A DNA stretch of 64,000 nt from a virus (Duplodnaviria > Heunggongvirae > Uroviricota > Caudoviricetes): the IMG/VR virus record IMGVR_UViG_3300028648_000132; one strand, 5' to 3'. Position numbers and translations under genes: made by a program. The notes below the pieces were generated by a model. The model was not told the origin of the DNA. It saw nothing but the letters and a program-made list of their open reading frames with translations, and ran no database searches. How positions within the stretch are numbered: position 1 is the stretch's first letter; each line of letters starts with the position of its first letter. Below are positions 8,875-18,584 of the stretch, one piece after another.

Positions 8875-11800
8875 GGCTTCGGCAGTCCCGTCATCCGGGT
8901 GTTCATCCGGTCGGGCGGCTTGACCAGTCCCCCTGGGTCGTTGATGGTGACGGGGCCGTAGAACGCGGCGCCGGTGGCGCTGTTGTTGTTGCTGTTCTGG
9001 TTGGTCGTGTAGTTGTTGTTGCCGGGGTTCTGGCTGTTGGGCAGGAAGTCTCCGACCTGCGGCAGTGCTGCTTGTAGTGCGTCACCGACGACGCCCATGC
9101 CGCCGTCGCCGAAGTTGAAGTCGCCGAGTCCGCCGTCACCGGGGCCGGGTGCGCCGCCAAGGCCGTGACGGTTGTTGCGCATGGCCTGGGTGCCCATGGG
9201 GTTCTGCTGCTGTTGCTGCGGTCCGCCGAATGCGTTCTTGAGCATTCCGCCAATGGCGTTGGCGCCGCCGGTGAACAGTTTGAAGATTCCCCAGTCCATG
9301 GGGTTGGAGAAGATGGAGCCGTCGAGGCCGAACATCTCCATGGCGCCGGACATCATGTCTTTGGCGAAGCTCTTGCCGTCCGGCCCGCTGCCGGGCTGCT
9401 GACCGTTCTGGCCGCCGCGCCCACGCGTGTCAGCGTCGTTGACCTGTTCCTGCTTCGTGGACAGGTCATCGAGGGCGTCCTTGTGTTCGCGCTGCGCCCT
9501 GGTCAACCGCTCCTCGGCTGCCGCCTGCTCGGACGGCTTCACGTTCTTCTTGCTCTGGAGTTCGTCGAGCTTTCGCTGCGCCTGCTCGACGTCGAACTGC
9601 TTGTCCTGCACCTTCTGCTCCGCATCGCGCAGCTGGCGGCGTTGCGCGGGGGACGCACCCCCGCCGCCCCCACCGGAGCCGTAGCCGCCTGCCCCACCGC
9701 CGCCACCGCCGGAGCCGTACATGCTGTAGCCGCCGCCTGCTGCCCCACTAGGCCAGCCGTCGGGATACATGGCGTTGACGGGGATGTACGCCTGGTTAGT
9801 GAACTGGGGGTCGTCTGCACCTGCGGCCCCCGCACCGACCGTGAACTTGCCGACCTTGCCACCAGATTCGGCGTTACGGCCATCAGGAAGGGTCACGGCC
9901 ATATGGCCGCCACCGGGGCCGCCGTTCTTCCACCCGACACGCAGGGTGCCAGCGGGACCGCGGCCCATGACTGCGCCGCGAGCGGCCAGCCAGTCCCCGG
10001 CGTTAGCCGTCGCCATGCGCTCGCCGTATGGGGGTTGACCGACGGCGGCGTTGACAAGGACAGAGGCTGCGCCGGAACAGTCGGTACCGGACGGGCCGTG
10101 GCCGCCCCGCACGTAGGGTGCGCCCGCCATGTCGTTGGCTGCGTCCTCGATTGAGATGGGGCCGCCGCCCGCGTATCCGGGTATGCCGGTCATGATGCGC
10201 AGGAAGTTGGCCGACGGTACCCAACCGCGGTTCATGGCATTGATCAGCGGCATGTTGTCCCGGGTGGACTGTGCGGTGTTGATCGACTCCTTGTTCGATA
10301 CCTTGATGAATTGTCCTGCTGCACCACCCATTACGCGGGCAAGGATGGAATCACTGGTGCCTGTTCCCTGGCCGCTGATGACTCCCCGGCCGTCGACGTG
10401 TCCGCCAGAGGCGCGGCCTGGGACCTGCCCGGCGAGGGTGGCCGCGTTGAACACGCCCTGCAATCCGGGCGGCAAGATCGCGCCGAGCGAGTTGGCCAGC
10501 TTGAGATCAATGGGCAGAGTTGCGGTCGTATTGTTGACCTTGTACACCAGGTCGTTGAAACGCTTCTGCGCCTCATCGGTTGCAGCAGTGACCTTTACGA
10601 TGCCACCAGGCAGTTGAGTGACGGTGTACCCGAGTTCTTCGAGCTTCTTTTTGGTCTCGTCGTACTTCGCCGGGTCGACCTTGAGGTCGATGGACTTGTT
10701 GTTCGGCACCGAGACGATGGCGGCGCCAAGGTCCTTGAACCTTGCGACGCCCACGTCGGTCGCCTTCCACAAGCCGTACTGTGCTTGTGCCATGTCCCGC
10801 AACGACTGTGCGCCCTTGTCTGTCTCGCGGCGCTGCTCGTTGACGTTCTGAGTCAGCGTGATAAGCGACTCATTGGCGTCGGGCATCGCGTCGATAATCT
10901 GTTGCAGTCCAACGAGGTTCTGGTCACCCGGGTTGGCTGCGCGGTACTTGGCGATCTTGCCGTTGACGGTGTCCCAGCCGTTGCCCTCCTTGATGAGGGC
11001 GTTGTACAGCTCATCGGAGGAGACGCCCATGGCCTGGTACTGCTGCTGGATTACGTTCCAGTCCAGCTTGGTGCCGCCGGACCCGGTGATGGAAACCTTG
11101 TCCAGGCCCTCTCGGACGCCCTTGTCCAGCGCCAGCTTTTTGATGATGTCGTATGCCTGTGCGTTGCCGGTGCCAGTTGCGGCGTCCACCAACATGTTTG
11201 GGTCGATGCCGAGGCCCTTGGCCCGCCCGATGTCGGTTGTCTTGTACGGGTCTTCCTTGCCGAATCGTTCGGCGGCCTTGCGGCGGGTCTCATCGGTGAC
11301 GCGACCGCTGTCCTGGTCCAGGGTGGCGCGTAGTTCCTCCTCAGCCTGCTTCTGCTCCTGCGCCTTCTGGGCCGCCTTCTGGTGGGCGTCGGCGATCATT
11401 CCCATAGCGAGGCCGACACCGGCGGCGGCGACGCCCCACGGGCCGCCGAGCATGGACAGGACGCCGGACCCGGCGAGCTTCATGCCGGTCATCGCTGCGC
11501 CAGCTGTCCCCGCGGTGCGGGAGAAGAACAGGGACCGGTCGGCGGCCTGGTTGTAGCTGTCCTTCATCTGTGTTGCCCAGCCGCGTTGCGCGCGTGTCGA
11601 TTCGCCAGCTGTGCGGGTCGTGTTCTCCATGGCCTGTTGCGCCTGCGTAGCAGGGGTGCGCCACCCGGCAAAGGCGGTGCCCCATGCCTGGGTGGCCTTG
11701 GCGGCAACCTGTAGGGCGGGTCCGGCCAGCTTCGACTTGAGGTAGAGGGCGGTGAGGACAGCGACGAGGCCGGTGGTGAGCCACTGGTTGTTGCCGAGGA

Positions 11801-13577
11801 TGTCGGCCACAAGTTTCAGCGGCGGCTCCAGCGCCTGCATGGCGAAACCTAGGGCGCGCCAACCTGCTACAGCGGTTGCACCGGCGCCCATTGCGATGGC
11901 CTTGGATGCGGCGGCTAGCGAGGGCGTCAGGTCCTTGGCGGCGCTGGAGATGTCGCGCCAGCCCTGCCGGATCTGGTCGACCGCGGTACCGCTGCCGCCA
12001 CCGCCGGTCCTGAGGTCACGCATCGCGTCGGCGGCCTTGTCCAGCCAGCCAGTCATCCCCCTACCGGCTGACTGCAAAGTCGGCGAAACCAGGTCGTACA
12101 GAGCCAGCTTCGCGCTCTCGGCGGTGTTCTTGAGTCCCTCGACAACCCCCGGTAGGCCCTGCATCTGCGCGGCGGCCATCTCGCTGGCACCACCGGCGCG
12201 GCCGACAGCCCGGAACATCTCGTCGAACATCTGGACGCCGCCACCGGCTGCGACCATGGCCGCGCGCATCGCGTCAGAGCCAAACAAGATGTTGGTGTCG
12301 GCCTGGAACTGCTCTTCGGTCATCCTCTTTGACGCTGCGGCAACCTGTTCCAGCATGGAGCGGTAGCCGACGAACTTGCCGGTGGTGTCGTACAGGGTCA
12401 ACCCCAGGCTTTCGATAGCGCCCTGTGCGGGGTTGCCCTGGTCAGTGATGGCCTGGAGGGAGGTCTTGATGAGGGTGCCTGCATCGGAGCCGCGGATACC
12501 GGCGTTGGCCAGAAGTCCGAGGGCAGTAATCGTGTCCTGGGCGGTCAGCCCGAAGCCGTGAGCGACGGCACCGGCCTGCTGAAGACCGAGGGCGAAGTCG
12601 CCGATGTCGCCGGTGGATGCGTTGGCGACGTTGGCCAACATGTCAGCCATATTGGCCGCCTGGTTGGCGTCCATTCCGAAGGCGTGAAGGGCATTGGCCT
12701 GAATCTTGGCTGCCTCTGCTGCGGATACCTGTGCGGCGGTTGCTAATTGCAGGGTGCCGCGAGCCGCGGACATGGACTGGTCGACGTCGAAGCCGCCCTT
12801 GGCGAGTTCGGTCATGGCCTGGGCTGCGTCGGAGGCCGACACACCGGCGAGCTGAGTGTCAGCGCCCAGCTCGCGGGCGCGCCGAGAAACGGCCGCCATC
12901 TGCTCAGGTAGTGCGCGGGTGACGCCCTGCATGGTGTTGAGCGCCGAATCGAACGAAAGGCCCGTGTCGACAACGCTTTTGACGGCAGCGATGAATCCGC
13001 CGCCTGCGGCCAGTGCGGCGCCGGTGTTGAGGGCGCGCTGGAAGCCCTGCGCGAAGCGGGCGCCGGAGTCCGACCCGTACGCCTCGGCCCGCATGATCAG
13101 CCCCGCACCGAACGGCATCTTGACCTGACTGGACGCCTGCGACTGCGCCTTCTGAGCACGCTCCAAGTCCCGGGTGACGCGGGTCAGGTTCTGTGTCGAC
13201 ACCTCCTGTGCGCGCCGCGCCCGCGCCACACCCTCCTCAGCAGTAGCCCGCTGAGTGGCTGTGGCCCTGCCCTTCTCGTTGAGTTCGTTGAGTCGTGTCT
13301 GGGCGACGGTGAGGCGTCCCGTGGCGTCCGCGTCTGCCTTCTTCGCGGTCGCCAGTGCCTTCTCGGCACGTTCGACCTGGCGGAGTGCGTCGACCGCCGA
13401 CTTGCCGCTGGCGGCAAGGTTGCGGGCCATGTCGGCACCCATGGTGCGGGTGGCACGGCCGAAGCGGCGTTCCGCGTCGCGGCCGATGCGTTCGACGCCC
13501 GCGGCAAGGCCCGACGCCTCGGGCATCAGGGGCACCCATACTTGCGCCAGTTCAACGGCGGCGACTGCTGGACTCAA
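8871..13577 (-). CDS. tail tape measure protein (1568 aa)
   Basis: Very long protein with an Ala/Gln-rich coiled-coil N-terminus and internal Gly-rich segments. TTG start at 13577 with an AAAGGAG RBS, overlapping the stop of the chaperone T frame. Contains an embedded Cys-His peptidase-like motif (GPSGTDCSGA...GGGHMAV). Confidence 0.9.
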   Translation of the reverse strand: MSPAVAAVELAQVWVPLMPEASGLAAGVERIGRDAERRFGRATRTMGADMARNLAASGKSAVDALRQVERAEKALATAKKADADATGRLTVAQTRLNELNEKGRATATQRATAEEGVARARRAQEVSTQNLTRVTRDLERAQKAQSQASSQVKMPFGAGLIMRAEAYGSDSGARFAQGFQRALNTGAALAAGGGFIAAVKSVVDTGLSFDSALNTMQGVTRALPEQMAAVSRRARELGADTQLAGVSASDAAQAMTELAKGGFDVDQSMSAARGTLQLATAAQVSAAEAAKIQANALHAFGMDANQAANMADMLANVANASTGDIGDFALGLQQAGAVAHGFGLTAQDTITALGLLANAGIRGSDAGTLIKTSLQAITDQGNPAQGAIESLGLTLYDTTGKFVGYRSMLEQVAAASKRMTEEQFQADTNILFGSDAMRAAMVAAGGGVQMFDEMFRAVGRAGGASEMAAAQMQGLPGVVEGLKNTAESAKLALYDLVSPTLQSAGRGMTGWLDKAADAMRDLRTGGGGSGTAVDQIRQGWRDISSAAKDLTPSLAAASKAIAMGAGATAVAGWRALGFAMQALEPPLKLVADILGNNQWLTTGLVAVLTALYLKSKLAGPALQVAAKATQAWGTAFAGWRTPATQAQQAMENTTRTAGESTRAQRGWATQMKDSYNQAADRSLFFSRTAGTAGAAMTGMKLAGSGVLSMLGGPWGVAAAGVGLAMGMIADAHQKAAQKAQEQKQAEEELRATLDQDSGRVTDETRRKAAERFGKEDPYKTTDIGRAKGLGIDPNMLVDAATGTGNAQAYDIIKKLALDKGVREGLDKVSITGSGGTKLDWNVIQQQYQAMGVSSDELYNALIKEGNGWDTVNGKIAKYRAANPGDQNLVGLQQIIDAMPDANESLITLTQNVNEQRRETDKGAQSLRDMAQAQYGLWKATDVGVARFKDLGAAIVSVPNNKSIDLKVDPAKYDETKKKLEELGYTVTQLPGGIVKVTAATDEAQKRFNDLVYKVNNTTATLPIDLKLANSLGAILPPGLQGVFNAATLAGQVPGRASGGHVDGRGVISGQGTGTSDSILARVMGGAAGQFIKVSNKESINTAQSTRDNMPLINAMNRGWVPSANFLRIMTGIPGYAGGGPISIEDAANDMAGAPYVRGGHGPSGTDCSGAASVLVNAAVGQPPYGERMATANAGDWLAARGAVMGRGPAGTLRVGWKNGGPGGGHMAVTLPDGRNAESGGKVGKFTVGAGAAGADDPQFTNQAYIPVNAMYPDGWPSGAAGGGYSMYGSGGGGGGAGGYGSGGGGGGASPAQRRQLRDAEQKVQDKQFDVEQAQRKLDELQSKKNVKPSEQAAAEERLTRAQREHKDALDDLSTKQEQVNDADTRGRGGQNGQQPGSGPDGKSFAKDMMSGAMEMFGLDGSIFSNPMDWGIFKLFTGGANAIGGMLKNAFGGPQQQQQNPMGTQAMRNNRHGLGGAPGPGDGGLGDFNFGDGGMGVVGDALQAALPQVGDFLPNSQNPGNNNYTTNQNSNNNSATGAAFYGPVTINDPGGLVKPPDRMNTRMTGLPKP

Positions 13578-14068
13578 CCGGTTACTCCTTTCTTCATTCC
13601 GATGACGCGACCGGGCGACTCGCCCAGCGCGTAGTTGGCTGCGCGTAGTCGCTCGAATTCCTCAAGTGACATCTCGTCGCAGGTGAGTAGCCCTGGCGGC
13701 GGTGGTCCTACCGGCCGTTCTGGCTGCGGCACAGGGGCGTTGGGGTCGACGCCCTCACGGGCGATGCGCTGGGGCATGGTGACCAGGCCCGCATGCTGCT
13801 CCATCTGGGCAGCGAGCAGGTGAGACTCCCGGGTCCACCCGCCGTGGATGGCGTGGTAGACCGCAGTGCCGGGGGGTGCGGCCAGCACGATGGACCCGAG
13901 CTTGGCGACAGGCAGCCGCCGGTCGTCGAAATCTGAGTCCTTGTCTAGCGATATGAGGTCGCGCTCGACCGCGTGCCAGTGCTGGCCGATGGCCCGGGTG
14001 AGCGCACCTATTCCCCCGCGGTCAGTTTCGAGTCGGCGAACCAGGCGTCGAACACGGCCTTGTACTCG
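13574..14068 (-). CDS. tail assembly chaperone, -1 frame extension (T part of a G-T frameshift product)
   Basis: The frame -1 relative to the upstream chaperone is open from the UGA at ~14069 through the chaperone stop to 13574. It ends by overlapping the tape-measure start. This is the canonical position of the G-T programmed-frameshift pair. Confidence 0.5.
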   Translation of the reverse strand, partial: RVQGRVRRLVRRLETDRGGIGALTRAIGQHWHAVERDLISLDKDSDFDDRRLPVAKLGSIVLAAPPGTAVYHAIHGGWTRESHLLAAQMEQHAGLVTMPQRIAREGVDPNAPVPQPERPVGPPPPGLLTCDEMSLEEFERLRAANYALGESPGRVIGMKKGVTG

Positions 14069-14406
14069 TCATCGTCGAGGCCGACGATGCGGACCTGGAT
14101 TTCCTTGGGCACCCCTGCCCAGTCCATCCACTCGAACGCCTGGAAGGTCTCGTCCAGTTGATATAGCGCCCACCAGAATTGGCGGGTAGGTGGGGTGATC
14201 TCCGAGTACTTCGGAAACTGCACGACATACCCGTCGCTGGTCGTGAATTCGAACAGGGCTGTGCCGTCGGGGTACGGAGAAGGTGCCCCCGCCGAAGCGG
14301 GGGCCTCCTTCGTCTCGTCCACCGGTGCGTCGGCCGCCGCTGGTGCGGTTGCCTTCTTCGCCCCCGTCTTGCGGGGCGATGCCTTGCGCGCGGTGGTGGT
14401 GCTCAA
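14008..14406 (-). CDS. tail assembly chaperone (G)
   Basis: 132 aa between the major tail subunit and the tape measure. Acidic C-terminus (FEFTTSDGYVVQFPKY...DDDEYKAVFDAWF). ATG overlaps the major tail stop (ATGA). Confidence 0.75.
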   Translation of the reverse strand: MSTTTARKASPRKTGAKKATAPAAADAPVDETKEAPASAGAPSPYPDGTALFEFTTSDGYVVQFPKYSEITPPTRQFWWALYQLDETFQAFEWMDWAGVPKEIQVRIVGLDDDEYKAVFDAWFADSKLTAGE

Positions 14407-14984
14407 ATCGTCACCACGCCGTCGTTCCAGTACTGGTAACCGTGGTTACCGTCGGCGTCAGGGAACGGCTTGAGCGTGCACTCGTAGGCCGCCAGTTCCG
14501 AATGCGTCCACTTGATGGGCGCGACGGCGGTGATACGACCGATCGGGATGACCAGGCGCATGGAGATCAGGTTGTAGAAGCCGTCGAAAACCCAGGCGCC
14601 TGTGTCCAGGAGCTTGGCGTTCAGTTCGGCCTTGATCTCGGTGCCGGACGTGGTGCTGGCGGGGGTGACGGTGACGTTGGATGCACCGTGCACGGCCTTC
14701 TGCACGTCGACGTTGTTGACCTGGAGCAGCTTGAACTTGATTTCCAGGCCGTACTTTTCCTGGAGCACCGCGACCAGGTCGCCACCCCAGTTGTACTCTT
14801 CCTGGTTCGACCGGTCCTCGGTGCGTTCCAGGCCGTCCTTGCCGACGTGGCCAAGGTTGTTGAAGGCCACGGCGGGGGCGCCGATAGCGGTGGTCGGCAA
14901 GGTGGTGCCGACCGGTGCACGCAGGACGCCGCCGGTGACCCGCGGGGACGGGGCGGCCAGCTCCAGCACATTGTTGAGAGCCAT
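14403..14984 (-). CDS. major tail protein
   Basis: 193 aa with a GAGAGGA RBS, immediately upstream of the chaperone/tape-measure genes. Beta-rich sequence of the size and position typical for a siphovirus major tail subunit. Confidence 0.75.
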   Translation of the reverse strand: MALNNVLELAAPSPRVTGGVLRAPVGTTLPTTAIGAPAVAFNNLGHVGKDGLERTEDRSNQEEYNWGGDLVAVLQEKYGLEIKFKLLQVNNVDVQKAVHGASNVTVTPASTTSGTEIKAELNAKLLDTGAWVFDGFYNLISMRLVIPIGRITAVAPIKWTHSELAAYECTLKPFPDADGNHGYQYWNDGVVTI

Positions 14985-15060
14985 GCGGGGCTTTCCTCTC
15001 GTGATATGCGAAAGGCCGCCCCGGATGGGACGGCCTGATCTCCCGCGCGGGGGCGGTGAG

Positions 15061-15498
15061 TTATGGGGTGATGGGTGAGCCGATGGGCTGGCCCTGGACG
15101 CGCCAGGTGACCATCGACCGGTACCGGGGTGTCGCCACGTTCGGGTCCTTCGACTCGTGCGTCAGGCTCGTGGCGCGTGCCCAGACGACGTACCAGGTGT
15201 CGATGGTGAGGCCGGTTGCGGCGTCCATGAGTGCTGTCGCGGTCCGCGAGATGTTGGACGCTTCAACCTCATCCGGGTGATAGCCGAACAGAATGAGGTC
15301 TAGGTCCCATTCGAGGAGGTTGGCTCGGGAGCCGCCGCCGAACTCGACTCGCAGGAACCCGTCGGGCAGCGTCGTGTCGGTGCGGGTGGGCGGCAGTTTA
15401 GAGCCGACTGGAACCGTCAGGGCGGGTTGGGGTGTCAGGTACGTGACGGCCAGGGCCACCATGTCGGCGGGCAGCATGGCCGGATACAGGGCGGGCAT
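15061..15498 (-). CDS. head-to-tail joining protein (tail terminator-like)
   Basis: 145 aa. ATG overlaps the upstream stop. Lies in the connector block between the capsid and major tail genes. Confidence 0.5.
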   Translation of the reverse strand: MPALYPAMLPADMVALAVTYLTPQPALTVPVGSKLPPTRTDTTLPDGFLRVEFGGGSRANLLEWDLDLILFGYHPDEVEASNISRTATALMDAATGLTIDTWYVVWARATSLTHESKDPNVATPRYRSMVTWRVQGQPIGSPITP

Positions 15499-15803
15499 CA
15501 GCGGCCCCGTAATCCTGCGATCAGCTTGAGGAGACGCGCGTTGGCCGCGTCGTCTCGGCGGGCTGCATAGGATGCGGCGACGATGAAGATACGTGGACGC
15601 TGCGTTTTTGGATCACGTTGCACGACAATGTCGTAGCCGTCCGGCAGTCCCTCGGCGGCCTGGCGCGCTATCTGCTCGACGTATGCTCCGTACGCGTGCC
15701 GGATCTTGCGGAAGCCAGCCATGTTGTACTTGATGCGTACGGCCACTAGCCAACCCGCTTGAGAGAGATTTCGCCGCCGAACATCCGCGAGTACTTCCGC
15801 CAT
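15498..15803 (-). CDS. head-to-tail joining protein (neck/tail completion-like)
   Basis: 101 aa in the connector block. Overlaps the upstream gene by 58 nt; an alternative start is Met28 at 15722. Confidence 0.45.
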   Translation of the reverse strand: MAEVLADVRRRNLSQAGWLVAVRIKYNMAGFRKIRHAYGAYVEQIARQAAEGLPDGYDIVVQRDPKTQRPRIFIVAASYAARRDDAANARLLKLIAGLRGR

Positions 15804-16123
15804 GGCCCGTTACGCCAGTCACCGTCCGCTCCCATACCGACGACATCGAAGCGGGCGCCGTGGATGTCGACCTGATCCTGGGTTTTGTAGACGCTCGGGT
15901 CCTTCACCAACATCGTCAACTCGGCGATGTGCCGGGCCACGTACTCCGGCGCCACCGGCTCGACTCTGTCGGCGGCGCGTTCACCGCGGGGGTAGAACGC
16001 CATTGCCCGCCGGGGTGTCGGGGTCTGTGCCACGCCGCCAACGGTGTTGCCGTGCAGGTTCTTACCCGTTGTCGCGCTGTACGGGTAGTGCGCGATGTCG
16101 TAGGGCTCGGGGATGATGCTCAC
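15746..16123 (-). CDS. head-to-tail joining protein (head closure-like)
   Basis: GTG at 16123 overlaps the stop of the upstream adaptor (GTGA). The upstream 137 codons of the track ORF are Arg-rich artefact. Confidence 0.45.
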   Translation of the reverse strand: MSIIPEPYDIAHYPYSATTGKNLHGNTVGGVAQTPTPRRAMAFYPRGERAADRVEPVAPEYVARHIAELTMLVKDPSVYKTQDQVDIHGARFDVVGMGADGDWRNGPWRKYSRMFGGEISLKRVG

Positions 16124-16674
16124 GCGATGGCCTGGATGCGGTAGTCCGCCAGCCGGGACCGGTGGTCGTCGTTGAGCGACAGGCCCGCCGTGCCCTTGAA
16201 TTTGATGCGGAACGGGCCGCCGGTGGCCTCGGTCGCTACCGATGACGGCAGCTCGATGCCGCTGGAGGCCAACTCCAGGATTACCGCCTTCACGGCCAGC
16301 GGTACCTCCGGGTAGCCGTGGGTGAAAGTGACTTCGGCGTAGCGGGGGGACGGCAGTCCGAACACTGGCCAGTACCGGCCGCGCGGCCAGGTGGTGCGGG
16401 TTCGGGTAATGAATCCCGCCTCGTCCCAGTCGTATTCGTCTGGTTCGAGTACCTGGCCGTCGACCTTCACGGACTCGACATCGGTGACGTGCAGGGAGTG
16501 CAGCATGATGATGCCGCGCTCCCCTATCTCGCATCGCCGGTCGACCTCGCGACGCGACGGTGCGATGTGCCAGTCGCAGTAGTCCCGCACCGCCGATTCA
16601 GCGGCGTCTAGGAACCACTGCGGGTCACCGGCCTCGAACTTGCCGAGGTCAGTTGTCGTTACCAGGTCCGCCAT
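16120..16674 (-). CDS. head-tail adaptor/connector protein
   Basis: 184 aa, the first connector gene after the capsid region, with the size and order typical of HK97-like phages. Confidence 0.5.
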   Translation of the reverse strand: MADLVTTTDLGKFEAGDPQWFLDAAESAVRDYCDWHIAPSRREVDRRCEIGERGIIMLHSLHVTDVESVKVDGQVLEPDEYDWDEAGFITRTRTTWPRGRYWPVFGLPSPRYAEVTFTHGYPEVPLAVKAVILELASSGIELPSSVATEATGGPFRIKFKGTAGLSLNDDHRSRLADYRIQAIA

Positions 16675-16999
16675 TAGCGGCCTTGGTCTCCTCGGTCTTC
16701 ACCTGTGCCGGTGCAGATTCCGCCTTCGCAGGGGCCTTGGCGGGAGCAGGCTTGGCGGGCTTGGCGGATGCGTTCTCGGATGCGGGCGGGGTTGCCTTCT
16801 CCGGTGCCGCTGCGGCGGCCTTGTTTTCCACCGGCGAGATGACCTCGACGACGTCGGCGTCATCGCCGGGTTCGGTGCGCCACTCGGCGAGCTTGGCGTC
16901 GATGGCGGCGGTGTCTTCGCCGAGGCACGCCAGTAGCTCGCGCTTCGTCTCCAATGCGGCGACGGTGTCGGCGACGGCGTCACGCTTCTTTACTGCCAT
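16649..16999 (-). CDS. hypothetical protein with an Ala/Pro/Lys-rich C-terminal tail
   Basis: GAGGAG RBS before the ATG at 16999. 116 aa with the low-complexity C-terminus AKPAKPAPAKAPAKAES. Lies just downstream of the capsid gene. Confidence 0.5.
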   Translation of the reverse strand: MAVKKRDAVADTVAALETKRELLACLGEDTAAIDAKLAEWRTEPGDDADVVEVISPVENKAAAAAPEKATPPASENASAKPAKPAPAKAPAKAESAPAQVKTEETKAANGGPGNDN

Positions 17000-17043
17000 G
17001 GGATTTCAGCTCCTCTGTTGTTGTCGTGTCGGGGTGCTTGGCG

Positions 17044-17077
17044 CACCCACCGCCCCGGGGTTACGGGGCGGTGGGTG
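17044..17077 (-). terminator. GC-rich stem-loop (14-bp stem) just downstream of the capsid gene; no U-tract
   Basis: Perfect inverted repeat CACCCACCGCCCCG / CGGGGCGGTGGGTG, 14-48 nt after the capsid stop at 17091. Likely an mRNA-stabilising hairpin rather than a terminator. Confidence 0.4.
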
Positions 17078-17090
17078 GCCTAGCGGTGGG

Positions 17091-18470
17091 TCAGAAAGCG
17101 GGCGGGGTCAGTCCGCCGATCTCGACCACGGACTGCGGGTAGCGCCCGGCGGTGAAGGCCAGGTAGCCGTACACCTGGAGGCACACCGTCAGGTTCTTCG
17201 CGCCCGGCTCCGGCAGAGTGCGGGTACGGATACCCGACTCGAACAGCAGCAGGTCCGCGGAGCGCTGCACGTAGACAACGTCCTCGTTGGTGCCGGTGCC
17301 GTATGCGGTGCCGATGTTGGGGTCGGTCACCACGGGCAGGCCCTGGAGCTGGCCGACCACCTGCTGGGACGCAACGGCGTCCAGGGTGGCCACGGCGTTC
17401 TGCGGCGCGTTGGCCGCGGGCAGAACGAGCGGACGCTGGTCTCCGTCCAGCGACGCGGTGAGCCAGCCCCAACGGCGGGGGTGCATCACGATGTGCGTCG
17501 GCGGCAGGAACCGGCTGGTGTGGACCCGTTGGATGGCGTCGGCGATGGCCGCGTAGAACGAGGCCACGGTCAGCGCGGTGATGGCGATGGTGCCGATGCC
17601 CGGGGTGTTGTGAACACCCAGGACGTGGCCGCCGCTGCCGGACCCAGCCAGGGTCTCCAGGTCCAGCTTGGTGCCGAAGTCGGCAATCAGATCCTGGAAG
17701 ACCACCTCGTCGAAGTTGACGGGCGACTGGTCCAGCAGCTGGATTGCGACGTCCTGCTGACCGGCGACGGTCCGCACCTTGGCCTCGATGAAGTTGTCAT
17801 CGAGGTCCTGCTCGGTGACGGCCGCATTGTCGGCGGACTGGACAGCAGTAGCGGTCCCCGCGGTGACCTTGGGGATGTTGATGCTGTCGGTGCCACCAGG
17901 CAGCGGCTGCGACGTGACCAGGTTGGCGTAGGCGCGGCCAGCGCGCGCCAGGGGCACGTACTGGTTGACCAGCCAGGCCGGGGGCACGAAGTAGCCGCCG
18001 TTGCCGTCGGTGCGGTCCAGGTCGCGGTACTCGGAGTCGCTGGCGACGTCCTGGGCGTGACGCTGGAGCCGTTCCAGGCTCTTGCCGTTGGGGTCCATGT
18101 TCCGCTGGACCCGCATGAGGTCCTGGAGGTAGGACCGGCCGTTGCCCTTGACGTAGGCGGCTGCCTCCTTGACCGACTCGACCCGGGCCTGTGCGCGACG
18201 GACCTTGGCGGCCTCGTCGCTCAGCTTGCCGGACCGCTCGATTTCGTCGGACAGCTCCTGGATGCGCTCGTTGTAGCCCGCGATCTCGCCCTGCTTGGCC
18301 TTGATCTCGGCGGACTTGGCGCGGAACTCGACGTCTTCCTCAGGGGTGAGGTCCTGGCGAGCCTCTTCCTTGACGATGTCGGTGATGGCCGTCCGCTTCG
18401 CGAGCAGGGTTTCCAGCTCGGACTCGGCCTTGGCACGCAGCTCCATGAGCCGCTTGAGACGTTCCTCCAT
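17091..18470 (-). CDS. major capsid protein (HK97 fold) with an N-terminal scaffold-like coiled-coil domain
   Basis: 459 aa from MEERLKRLMELRAK. The N-terminal ~150 aa is coiled coil (a delta-domain analogue), followed by a capsid-like body. There is no separate scaffold gene, and the gene follows the protease as in HK97. Confidence 0.8.
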   Translation of the reverse strand: MEERLKRLMELRAKAESELETLLAKRTAITDIVKEEARQDLTPEEDVEFRAKSAEIKAKQGEIAGYNERIQELSDEIERSGKLSDEAAKVRRAQARVESVKEAAAYVKGNGRSYLQDLMRVQRNMDPNGKSLERLQRHAQDVASDSEYRDLDRTDGNGGYFVPPAWLVNQYVPLARAGRAYANLVTSQPLPGGTDSINIPKVTAGTATAVQSADNAAVTEQDLDDNFIEAKVRTVAGQQDVAIQLLDQSPVNFDEVVFQDLIADFGTKLDLETLAGSGSGGHVLGVHNTPGIGTIAITALTVASFYAAIADAIQRVHTSRFLPPTHIVMHPRRWGWLTASLDGDQRPLVLPAANAPQNAVATLDAVASQQVVGQLQGLPVVTDPNIGTAYGTGTNEDVVYVQRSADLLLFESGIRTRTLPEPGAKNLTVCLQVYGYLAFTAGRYPQSVVEIGGLTPPAF

Positions 18471-18584
18471 GGAGGTTCGTTCCTTTCGTGGATGCCCTTG
18501 GGGGCGTTTGGATTTGCAATGGGGGCGGCCCGAGCGGGGCACCGGCGGCCCCGAGCGGGGGCGGGCCGTTCGACCCGGCGCACG

